DNA of 64,000 bases from an uncultured Actinomycetes bacterium (GTDB taxonomy: Bacteria; Actinomycetota; Actinomycetes; Streptosporangiales; Streptosporangiaceae), in assembly GCA_963835425.1 (NCBI GenBank), contig CAWIGE010000019.1, positions 132,925 through 196,924 of the forward strand, given 5' to 3'. Positions 30,431-39,276 of the stretch are shown piece after piece (position 1 is the first letter of the stretch; each line of letters begins with the position of its first letter). Below the pieces are notes generated by a model. It was given only the letters and a program-made list of their open reading frames with translations. It ran no database searches and was not told where the DNA came from. The translations under genes were made by a program, and so were the position numbers.

Positions 30431-33400
30431 TCAGACCCAGAGGTCGGGTCGGTAACGTTCGGCCGTCTCCATCTCCTGCAGGTAGGCCTCCGCATGCTCG
30501 CGCGGCAGCGACCCATCTTCGGTGACGACGTCGATGAGCGCGGCACGAACGGCGTCGCGCATCGGCTGCGAGCCGCAGACGTAGACGTAGCCGCCGGCGT
30601 CGAGCAGGCGCCAGACTAGCGCACCCTGCGCCCGGATCCGATCTTGGACGTATTCGCGGGAGCCGGTCGGCTCGCGCGACGTCGCCACGTAAACGTGATT
30701 GAGCACCCCCTCGGCAGCGAACTGCTCGATCTCGTCGCGGTAGATGTAGTCGATGGTGCTTGAGCGGATGCCGTTGAAGAGCGCCGCCTCCGCCAGCGAG
30801 ACACCGGCGCGCTTCAGCGCCACCCGTTCCCACAGGAACGCCCGCATCGGGGCGAAGCCGGTGCCGGCGGAGACGAAGATCATCGGCTTCGTCACGTCCG
30901 CCTGCAGGTGGAACCCATCGGCGCTGTCGTGGAAGACGTTCAGGCGGTCGCCCTCCCGGAGCGTGTGCACGTAGTACGAGCTCATCCCGCGGAAACCGGT
31001 GCCGGTCATGCCCGGCACCGGCGTGGCCTCGAGGCCGACGGTCACGTGGGCGACGCCGTCGCCGTGGATCCGCGGGCTGGAGCTCGTCGAGTAGTAGCGC
31101 GGCCGGAGTGGCTGCGCCACCTGCAGGAACTCGAAGATGTTCAGCGAGCAGGACGGGAACTCGTCCAGTAGCCGGAGCACGTGGTAGCCGCCCGCGTCGA
31201 TCGCCGCGCGCAGCGGCGTATCGGGACCGTCCGGTGCCTGCAGGACATCTCTGATCTCCACCAGCCTCGACCGCTCGGCGGGGTCGGCCGCCTTCTCGAG
31301 CAGGAGGTCGAGCAGCGGCACCGTCGGCCTGCCGGTGATGTCAACGAGGTTGGTGAGCACGTTGCGGATCTGGAGCACGACCCCCTTCGGCGCGGCCCGG
31401 GCGTTCATCGTCTTCGGCACCATGAACAGGCCGTCGGGCGCCGCGCCGAGGTGCTGTGCGAGCCGCTCCACCTGCTCCTCGTCGTTCTTCGGGCAGACCC
31501 CGAGGTGGTCGCCGACCCGGTAGGCGACGCCGGGCGGCAGGCTGACCTCCAGATGCCGCGTCCGCTTCGGCGAATCGGCCGGCAGGAGCTCCCGGCACAC
31601 CAGCACGCGCGCCTCGACCGTGTCCATTCCGACGGCATTGCTGAGGATCGCCGGGGCCAGCAGCACCCGTGACTGCGTGCGGCTCCGGCCGCCCGGTTCT
31701 GGCGGGCCGCCGCGCAGCGACGCGGCCCACCTCCGCGACCCCGACGACATGCGGCGCATGATCGAAGAGGCGCTCCTCTCCGGGGGCGCGGGGGCGGCCG
31801 GGTCCGGCGCGCGGTCGTCAGCAAGGAGTGATCTGTGCATCGCGGTGCTGGAGTCGGCGCCCGTCAGCACGCCCGCGGCCGCCTTCTCGGCGGCGTCGCG
31901 CGCGGCCGCGGCCTCGGTCGGCCGCGCCCCGGACAGCTCGAGGAGCGCGGGCCAGACGCGGGCGTTCCAGTCCGCGTGCAAGCGCTCCCACACGGGCGAG
32001 CCCACGTCACCGTAGGCGAGCTCCGCGACCGGCGTGGCGCCGAGCCCAGACAGTTTCTTGTGCACGTAGCGGGGGAACGCCATGAACGCGTTCCACTGGG
32101 TGTTGCCGAGCCCCCAGACGAGATACCGGCAGTTCCGCCACATCTCGCCGCCGGGTTCCGTGCGCTCCAGCCACGCGCTGAACGCCGCCGCGTTCGTGGG
32201 CGGGTTCGACGTGTAGGTGGAGGTCATGACGACGAGCAGCCAGGGGTGCGTGCGGGCCGGGGACTCCGCGAGCTCGTTCAGCGTGATCGCGTCGCTCACG
32301 TAGCCGTGGAAGTGGCTGCGCTCGGCGAACCGCTCAGCCAGCTCCTTGTTCGCGCCGAAGTTGCTGCCATAGGCGATCACGAGATCCCGGTAGGCGCTCG
32401 TCTCGGGAATCTCCGTCGGCTGTCCCCACTCGGGCGCGGCGGCGGCCACGGCGACCGGGGGAGCGGCGGCAGGAGCGGGAGCGGCCGGGCGGTCACGTAC
32501 CACGGCCGCCCGCGGGCGCCCGTCCTGCTCGCGCGGCAGGCGGATGATCGGAACCGCGGCCGGTTTCGTCGTCACGACCGTGTTCTTCGCCACCGTCGCG
32601 CCCGGCGCGAGACGCAGCCGGTAGTGGCGGAAGACCTCGAACAGGACGACGCGGAGCATCATGAACGTGACCTCTTGCGCCATGCACTGCCGCTTCCCGA
32701 TCGAGAACGGGATGTATGCGTGGCGCGGCCGGTCGACGACCTTGTCCATCGCGAACTGGTCCGGATCGAACCTGTCGGCGTCGGGCCCCCAGTAGCGCGG
32801 GTCGCGCTGCGCGGCGAGCGTCCCGACGAGGATCATGTCGTCCTTCCGGATCCGGTAACCGCCGATCATCCCGTCCTTGAGGCTGCGGCGGATCGTGACC
32901 GGCATCGGCGGATAGATCCGCATCGTCTCCTTGATCACCTGCGTCGTGTAGGTCAGCGCCATCAGGTCGTCGTACTGAAGGTCGTAGTCCGGGTCGCGGC
33001 CGGTGATCCCGTCGATCTCGGCGATCAGCTTCTCCTCGACGTCCGGGTGGGTGCCGATGACATAGGCGAGCCACCCACCCGTGATCGACGGCCCGTTGAA
33101 GCCGTTCGAGAGGTGCATGAGGATCTGGTCGCGCATGGTCTCGTGGTCGAGGAACTCGCCCGTCCCGGGATCCGGCGTGGTCACGAGGCGAGTGAGCAGA
33201 TCCGTCGGCTGCCCGAGCGGGCAGGCGTGCGTGCGCGCGCGCACGAGCGCGTCGGCCGTTCTGAATAGCTCCTTGTTGTGACGGCGGTAGCGCCTCCTCC
33301 GCGCGCGCTTCGCACGCCCGGCGAAGAGCGTGGAGTCTGGGTAGGGATCGGCGACGCGCCGGATGCTCTCCTTCGTGCTCTCCGGAACGGCGACCGCGAA

Positions 33401-34711
33401 CGGGTGCGGCTCGCCGCTGCCGTCGAGCAGGCCGAAGTCGTAGTTGCACGCGCCGCGTCCCGAGACCTCCAGCGTGTAGCGCTCCATCCAGGCGCGCGCG
33501 TCGATCGGCTCGTCGTCGGGGATCGCGGACCACGCGGCGACGAGCTTCCGCGCCTGATCCTTCATCTGCCCGAGCTGCGTCCGCTGGTTCATCGGTGAGT
33601 ACCACGGCAGCATCACGCGGCGGATCTGCTCAGTGTGCTCGCCGTCGCCGATCACCGAGATGCCGCCGCCACGGGAGTTGCTCAGCTGGGCGAAGAAGTT
33701 GACCTCCTCGGCGCGCTTGCCGAACTGCTCCTCGTCCGCCGCCACCTCGTCGAGCAACTCGGGGTCCGAGACCACCACGAGCCGCCACTTCTTCGTCGGC
33801 ACTCCGACCGCGTAGATGTGCCCGAACCGGCGGTAGTAGTCGAGCTGAGTGTCGTTGTCGTTCAGGATGTGGAAGTTCGCGAACCGCTCGCCATTCGGCA
33901 CGAGCCAGCGGATCGCGTAGGGGATCTCGAGCGCGCCGTCGCCGTCGCCCGGCGGGGCCGAGGCCAGTTCCAGCCGTTCCCCGGCGAGGGCGCCGGGTGC
34001 CGCGGTGACCGGCGGTGCCTCCGCGGCGGCGGCCGGCGGCGGTGCCTCCCCGGCCTCGGCGTCGGCGTCGGTGACCTGCTGCAGTTCCTGGCCGATCAGC
34101 CGGAACGTGGCGGAGCCGACCTGGACGGTGTCCCCCTCGGACAGCGCCGCGTCCGTAACGCGCTGCCCATTGACGAAGGTGCCGTGACTGCTGTCCAGGT
34201 CCACGATGCGGTATCCGCCCGCCGTGTTGCGCAGTTCCGCGTGCTGGCGGGAGGCGGTGGGATCGGAGACCACGATGTCGTTCTCCGGCGCCCGGCCGAT
34301 GTGCACCGTCGTGGCGGACCGTGGCCGAGCCGCATCCGGCTCACCGTCCGGCTCCGGCTGCGAGCCGTCTTCGCTGACAGTGCAGGTCAGCACCGGCCCA
34401 TCAGCGGGATTGCCGAGCCGGACCTGGCATTCCGCGTCGATCTCGATCCGGTCTACCTGCTGGCCCCGGGCATAGGTGCCATTGGTGCTGCCGTTGTCCG
34501 CCAGCACCCAGCGGCCGTTCTCCAGCTGGAGCATTGCATGGTGCCAGGACACGCGGATATCGGCGATCGCGATGTCGCACTCTGGATCGCGGCCGATCAC
34601 ATACGAAGGGCGCCGGCAGGCTCCGGTCAGATCCCTGGGTCCGTACCAGAAGCGGCGCGGCCCCCCCCGAAAGGGACTTTCCGTCCACGCGCCAACTCTA
34701 GAGCGATTCAT
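30431..34711 (-). CDS. FHA-FHA-cytochrome P450-FMN/FAD/NADPH reductase fusion (CYP102/P450-BM3-like self-sufficient monooxygenase with two N-terminal FHA domains)
   Basis: Intact 1426 aa. Two FHA cores are present (..IGRDPECDIAI..VSWHHAML..NGSTNGTY.. and ..IGRAPENDIVV..ASRQHAEL..DSSHGTFVNG..). The heme loop is PFSIGKRQCMAQ (Cys codon about 32684-32686). Flavodoxin-like LVIAYGSNFGANKELAE..VVMTSTY. FAD/NADPH motifs RHLEVSLP..GDHLGVCP, RYYSTSSSP and IFVSAGTGFAPMRAF. Confidence 0.9.
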   Translation of the reverse strand: MNRSRVGAWTESPFRGGPRRFWYGPRDLTGACRRPSYVIGRDPECDIAIADIRVSWHHAMLQLENGRWVLADNGSTNGTYARGQQVDRIEIDAECQVRLGNPADGPVLTCTVSEDGSQPEPDGEPDAARPRSATTVHIGRAPENDIVVSDPTASRQHAELRNTAGGYRIVDLDSSHGTFVNGQRVTDAALSEGDTVQVGSATFRLIGQELQQVTDADAEAGEAPPPAAAAEAPPVTAAPGALAGERLELASAPPGDGDGALEIPYAIRWLVPNGERFANFHILNDNDTQLDYYRRFGHIYAVGVPTKKWRLVVVSDPELLDEVAADEEQFGKRAEEVNFFAQLSNSRGGGISVIGDGEHTEQIRRVMLPWYSPMNQRTQLGQMKDQARKLVAAWSAIPDDEPIDARAWMERYTLEVSGRGACNYDFGLLDGSGEPHPFAVAVPESTKESIRRVADPYPDSTLFAGRAKRARRRRYRRHNKELFRTADALVRARTHACPLGQPTDLLTRLVTTPDPGTGEFLDHETMRDQILMHLSNGFNGPSITGGWLAYVIGTHPDVEEKLIAEIDGITGRDPDYDLQYDDLMALTYTTQVIKETMRIYPPMPVTIRRSLKDGMIGGYRIRKDDMILVGTLAAQRDPRYWGPDADRFDPDQFAMDKVVDRPRHAYIPFSIGKRQCMAQEVTFMMLRVVLFEVFRHYRLRLAPGATVAKNTVVTTKPAAVPIIRLPREQDGRPRAAVVRDRPAAPAPAAAPPVAVAAAAPEWGQPTEIPETSAYRDLVIAYGSNFGANKELAERFAERSHFHGYVSDAITLNELAESPARTHPWLLVVMTSTYTSNPPTNAAAFSAWLERTEPGGEMWRNCRYLVWGLGNTQWNAFMAFPRYVHKKLSGLGATPVAELAYGDVGSPVWERLHADWNARVWPALLELSGARPTEAAAARDAAEKAAAGVLTGADSSTAMHRSLLADDRAPDPAAPAPPERSASSIMRRMSSGSRRWAASLRGGPPEPGGRSRTQSRVLLAPAILSNAVGMDTVEARVLVCRELLPADSPKRTRHLEVSLPPGVAYRVGDHLGVCPKNDEEQVERLAQHLGAAPDGLFMVPKTMNARAAPKGVVLQIRNVLTNLVDITGRPTVPLLDLLLEKAADPAERSRLVEIRDVLQAPDGPDTPLRAAIDAGGYHVLRLLDEFPSCSLNIFEFLQVAQPLRPRYYSTSSSPRIHGDGVAHVTVGLEATPVPGMTGTGFRGMSSYYVHTLREGDRLNVFHDSADGFHLQADVTKPMIFVSAGTGFAPMRAFLWERVALKRAGVSLAEAALFNGIRSSTIDYIYRDEIEQFAAEGVLNHVYVATSREPTGSREYVQDRIRAQGALVWRLLDAGGYVYVCGSQPMRDAVRAALIDVVTEDGSLPREHAEAYLQEMETAERYRPDLWV

Positions 34712-34917
34712 GTGAAAGTAAAACAGTTTTTGCTGAACCGTTCAGGGGCTTTCGCCGTCGCGGCGGTGCGCGCCACTGCAGTGCGAGCCAGCGCCGTTCG
34801 CCAGCTCGGCCAGATGGTCACGTTCGGGTCGAATCAGCCGAGGGGAACGGGGCCGCTGTAGGCCGTCACGCTCCGTTTCGCAACGTCCTCGTTGTGTGAA
34901 CCCAGCCCGCAGCGGCC

Positions 34918-35330
34918 ATGCCCGGTCATGTGCCCCGGACTGTCCCCTATATCGGCTCCAAAACCCAGAATGGTTTCGGCACCTTTGGCCAGCCGGACAT
35001 TGCTGCGACGCTGGTGGCGGCGGGCAAAGCGATCAGGGAAGTCTGCTACCAGAAATGGTGGGTGCACCTGCGCCACCGGCCGGAATCCGGCGGCGCGATC
35101 GTCTACCTGCAGAAAACCGGGCAGGGCGGGACCGTCGAGGGCCATGTGAGCGATACGGTTCTCAATTCGCAGGCGGTGCAGGCCAGCTTCAAGGCGAACA
35201 ACAGCTATTTCTGCCCCAAGCCTTCCCCGGAGGCTCGCCCACCCATCCGGTGTATCCGGCCGGGCCTGGCATCCATGCCGGGATCCAGCGCCACCGCGAC
35301 GATCCTCAACCTACATCCCGCTGTGTGAAC
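34918..35330 (+). pseudogene. Partial, diverged second copy of the vanadium-haloperoxidase-like gene (internally deleted)
   Basis: ..PYIGSKTQNGFGTFGQPDIAATLVAAGKAIREVCYQKWWVHLRHRPESGGAIVYLQKTGQGGTVEGHVSDTVLNSQA.. parallels 36549-36790 with scattered substitutions. It then jumps to a GIHAGI-like segment. Confidence 0.6.
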
Positions 35331-35564
35331 TCGGCCCGCAGTGGCCGGCGTACCGTTGCCGGTCCTGCCCGGGTGCCCGCCAGTGGACCCTGGGGCGGCG
35401 ACGGGGTATCACGCTGGCAGGTCATCCTGGTCATACCCGGCCATGTGTCCCGGACTGCTCCGTCATCCGGGCCGATGGACCTCACCGGGCAAGGTCCTTC
35501 ACGGCCAAGGCGTCAGCTTGACCGTGACTCAAGCGAGACTTAATTTGCCCATGCCACTATCCGG

Positions 35565-37215
35565 GTGGGCAAAGACTGGAGCACGACACAGGATCCGGAT
35601 GTAGAAACGATGGCCCGGGCCGGGCCAAGCGACGCTGCCGCCCTCAGGCCCGGACCACCGGATGGAGCCAGGAAGACACTTAACGCGGAGCTGAACCGGC
35701 GACCGGCGGCCGGGTCTGGCGATCCTGGGCATTGCGTACCCGAACGGCAGGGGAGCGACGCCTTCGCCGCCCCTCCGGCCCAAGTCGATAATGGCGACGA
35801 GGCGCGCTACGGCGATAAATCGGGAACCCATACGAAAGATGTGCTGCAATCAAACGTCGGCGTGGTCGATCCCGCTGCCTACCAATCGTTCAAGGCCGCG
35901 CTGAGCAGTGGCGACCCGGCTGACTTCGAGAAGATCGTCGTGGGTGGGTCGCGTACCCTCAATGGGCCGCAGGCGGCCTGGCGTTCTACCTGGACAGCCT
36001 GGATGGCAGCCAGTACGCCGTCCCGCCCGCTCCCGAGCTGGCGAGCGAGGCCTACACGACGGAACTCGTGGAGCTCGACTGGGCCTCACTACTGAGGGAT
36101 GTCGCGTTCACCACCTATCCGGCGAGCAGCTGAGGCCATGCGGGCGGCGGCCGAGTTATCGTCCACGCCGACATACGCGGGCCCACGTGACGCCGCCAAT
36201 CAGGTCACGCCGGGGCTGTTGTTCCGTGGCGGCCTCGCCGGCGAGACGGTTGGGCCTTATGTATCACAGTTCCTGCTCCAGCCGACCGCGCTGGGATCGC
36301 TGCCGATCACCCGGAAGTACATCGGCAACAAGGCCGGTGAAGACTTCATGACGGGGCCCGCCGAGTTCCTGAATGTGCAGAACGGCATCCCCACCGGGAA
36401 GAGCCTTACCCCGGGCACGGCACTTTATCTGCACAACGGGCGCGACCTGGCCGCCTACACGCATGATGACGTCCTGTATCAGGCATATCTCATCGCGTAC
36501 CTCGTGCTGACCCACAATCAACAACGGCACCCCGGCGACCCTGAACCGGGCAACCCCTATATCGGTTCCAGTACCCAGAATGGGTTCGGCACTTTGGGCC
36601 AGCCTGACATTGCTGCGACACTGGTAGCGGTGGCGGGCAAAGCCATCAGAGAAGTGTGGTACCAGAAATGGTGGATGCACCTGCGCCACCGGCCGGAATC
36701 CGGCGGCGCGATCGTCTACCTGCAGAAAACGGGGCAGGGCGGAACCGTCGAGGGCCACGTCAGCGATACAGTTCTCAATTCGCAGGCGGGCAGACCAGCT
36801 TCAAGGCAAACAATAGCTACTTTCTGCCACAAGCCTTCCCCGAAGGTTCGCCAACCCGTCCGGCATATCCGACCGGTCATGGCGCAGTGGCTGGAGCCTG
36901 CATCACGGCACTGAAGTTCTTCTTCGATGGCACCTTCGCAATCGAGAACCCGCTCGTGCCGTCCAGCGACGGAACGGCCACCGCCGCCTGCACTGCCCCG
37001 GCGGGCGAGGCGCCACTGACCGTGAACGGCACAACATCAGCTTCGGTCATGGCATCCATGCCGGGATCCACGGGCGCAGCGATACCGATACGTCGATCCA
37101 GCTGAGCGAGGCGGTGGCGCTGAGCCACCTGCAGGACCACGCTCACACCTACAACGAGCGACTCCGTATCTCGCTCACCAGGGTGGACGGCACCACCGCG
37201 ACCATCACCAACTCC
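35565..37215 (+). pseudogene. Vanadium-dependent haloperoxidase-like (PAP2 superfamily) gene, multiply frameshifted or deleted
   Basis: Family landmarks are spread over three frames: NGDEARY..KDVLQSNVGVVDPAAYQSFKAALSSGDPADFEKIVVGGSRTLNGPQ, GLAFYLDSLDGSQYAVPPAPELASEAYTTELVELDWASLLRDVAFTTY, WYQKWWMHLRHRPE, LPQAFPEGSPTRPAYPTGHGAVAGACITALKFFFDG and GIHAGIHGRSDTDTS..TYNE. Confidence 0.65.
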
Positions 37216-37239
37216 CGAAGCCGGGCCAGGCTCCCTGGC

Positions 37240-37585
37240 TCAGCTTGGCCCATGGCCGCGGGTCGCTGAGTTGGTGCCGCCAGGCTGCGGCTGCGTACTC
37301 GCTGGGTCGCGTCGCCAGGTCAGCGCCACGGTGAAGTTCGCCGTAGTGCTGACAGCAGCGATGAACGCCCCGGCCTCGGCGTGGAGGTCGAGGCCGAACT
37401 CGACGTGCACCTCGTCTGGTACCTCGGCGAGAGAGCGCAACTGCGTGATGACGCCTTCCACCGCAGGCTGGACGCGGCCAACCGCCTCTTCGAAGGTCTG
37501 CCGCGCCCGTTCAACTACTTCGGGCCCCTTCAGGCTGGCGCGTCACCGGGCCCGTGTGATGCCCGGTGACGTTGACCAGCACTGA
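37240..37585 (-). pseudogene. 3' part of a Trypco1-like (CU044_2847-family-like) gene interrupted by the IS; also carries a frameshift
   Basis: ..VLVNVTGHHTGPVTR / ASLKGPEVVERARQTFEEAVGRVQPAVEGVITQLRSLAEVPDEVHVEFGLDLHAEAGAFIAAVSTTANFTVALTW... The family call is from a recalled motif (PDEVxVEFGxKxxAEAGxxIAKxxxEANFxVxLTW). The frame changes at about 37525-37535. Confidence 0.6.
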
Positions 37586-37604
37586 TACGGCAGCTGTAGT
37601 TCGT
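37586..37604. repeat. Terminal inverted repeat of the IS (left end in window coordinates)
   Basis: tacggcagctgtagttcgt. Confidence 0.9.
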
Positions 37605-37609
37605 TGTGA

Positions 37610-38968
37610 TCATGGTGTTGTCTCGGCATAGGCGTTCCAGCGTTGGTGGGCTTGGCGGGCGCGGTGCTGGTGGCGGCGCCGCCAGGTGGACCAGTGCAGC
37701 CGGTGGGGCCGGTCTCGGTGGGGTGGTGGGATGACGGTGTCGCGCAAGAGCCGCAGCAGTTCCGGGATGGTGATCGGGATCAGCCCGGCGTCCGGGTCTG
37801 AGCCGGCGTCGTGCTGGCGCTGCACGGCGACGGCGACGGCGAGGTAGAGGTAGGCGAGCAGGCAGATCGCGGTCCAGCGGTGCCAGGACTTCCAGCGGAT
37901 GACCTGCCCGGCGTCCAGGCCGGTGGCTCTGCTTGGCTGAGCTGGTGATCTTCCTCGATACGCCACCTGGCCGACTGCGATGGCGATCAGCCGGGACAGC
38001 GGGACCGGCCCGGGTGTCCAGCACCGGTAGAAGGACAGCTTGCCGGTATAGCGGTGCCGCCGGACCAGCAGCACGCTGTGCCCGTCCTGGTGCCCGTCGG
38101 GGGTGTCGTCGCTGGTCACCTGGAGCATGGCCCAGTCGTAGTGCCGGGTGCCCTTGGTCCCGGACCCGGTGCGCATCCGGTGCCAGGCGCGGGCGGGAAT
38201 CAGCGGCACAGCTTGGGCCGCGGTCAGGGCGCGGCCCGAGCCGGCGGTGATGGCGTGGTTGGCGCGGACCGCCAGCACATAGCCCATGCCGCGCTGGCGG
38301 ATGCCGCGGCGCAGCTGGCGGCCGCCGTAGACCTCATCACCGGCCACGAAGGCGGCGCGGATCCCCGCGCGCATGCGCGCGGTCCAGCAGGCCGCCGGCC
38401 AGCTGCGGCTTGGTGGCGAACATCACCTCCTCCGGGACCCCGGCCAGCTCGCGGTGCTCCTCATCGCAGCGCAGCGCTTCGGGCAGGTACAGAGCCCGGC
38501 CGATCAGCGCGTGCCCGCGGCGGGTGGCATAGGTCAAGGTGACCGCCACCTGGCACAGCGCGATCCCGCCCACGGTGCCGCTGTACTGGCGGGCCGCGCC
38601 GGCCGCAGTCGGCTGAGGACTTCTCATCGGCGGTCTCATCCACGATCAGCACCGCATCCCCGTCATCGAGATGGCTGACCGCCCAGGCCGCCGCGGCGTC
38701 CAGGATCTGCTGGTCGTCCCAGACCGCCCGCGACAGCAGGTGCTGCAGCCGGTGCGGCCCGCGGTGCCCGGCCGCCTCGGCGATGGTCCAGCAGTTGTGA
38801 TCTTCCAGCTCCATCAGCAGCCCGCTGCACCATCTGGCTGCAGGACTGGCGGGTCTCCCGCCGGGGAAAGCACCCGGCCACCCGCCCGAGCAGATCCGCC
38901 AGCAGCGCCGACCGGGCATCATCAGATAGGGTGGCAGCAGCGGCTGCCGCGTCTTGATTGTGTCTCAC
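37610..38968 (-). pseudogene. IS701-family transposase gene, broken into at least 4 frames
   Basis: The pieces are MRHNQDAAAAAATLSDDARSALLADLLGRVAGCFPRRETRQS, ..LLMELEDHNCWTIAEAAGHRGPHRLQHLLSRAVWDD..AVLIVDETADEK, ..ARQYSGTVGGIALCQVAVTLTYATRRGHALIGRALYLPE..FATKPQLA and ..AFVAGDEVYGG..WHRWTAICLLAYLYLAV. An RWRIEEDHQ segment is readable only in a shifted frame. Confidence 0.8.
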
Positions 38969-39040
38969 AACTCGTCATGATCGCGGCAGCCGCACCTTTA
39001 TGCGGTCATCCTGCTGACCTGCACAAACAACCCGAAGATC

Positions 39041-39059
39041 ACGAACTACAGCTGCCGTA
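39041..39059. repeat. Terminal inverted repeat of the IS (right end in window coordinates)
   Basis: acgaactacagctgccgta is the exact reverse complement of 37586-37604. Confidence 0.9.
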
Positions 39060-39105
39060 ACTGAGCCTCCTGATTCCAGCGGGAATTCGACCAACTGTCC
39101 CATCG
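39060..39105 (-). pseudogene. 5' part of the IS-interrupted Trypco1-like gene
   Basis: The reverse strand reads ATG GGA CAG TTG GTC GAA TTC CCG CTG GAA TCA GGA GGC TCA GT = MGQLVEFPLESGGS. An RBS ggaagggag lies upstream. It joins in frame to 37585 once the IS and one TSD copy are removed. Confidence 0.65.
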
Positions 39106-39276
39106 CCACCACTCCCTTCCAGGCGATTCCCGGGCTCGCTGAGCGAGATCGGTGACCGCCACTTCAGGCCTAGAGAGAAAGAAACTAGCAGCGAGAATGG
39201 TTATAGGTCTGCGCATACCCGCAGGTCACAAGGGGGGAGTGGCGGAGTTGTCAGATGAAGGGCCTGCCCAACCAGA

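Larger units (their letters stand above)
37586..39059 (-). mobile_element. IS701-family insertion sequence (1474 bp) with 19-bp perfect terminal IRs and a 5-bp target-site duplication (TSD), ACTGA
   Basis: TACGGCAGCTGTAGTTCGT at 37586-37604 has its exact reverse complement at 39041-39059. ACTGA flanks both ends (37581-37585 and 39060-39064). The interior encodes an IS701-like DDE transposase. Confidence 0.85.
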
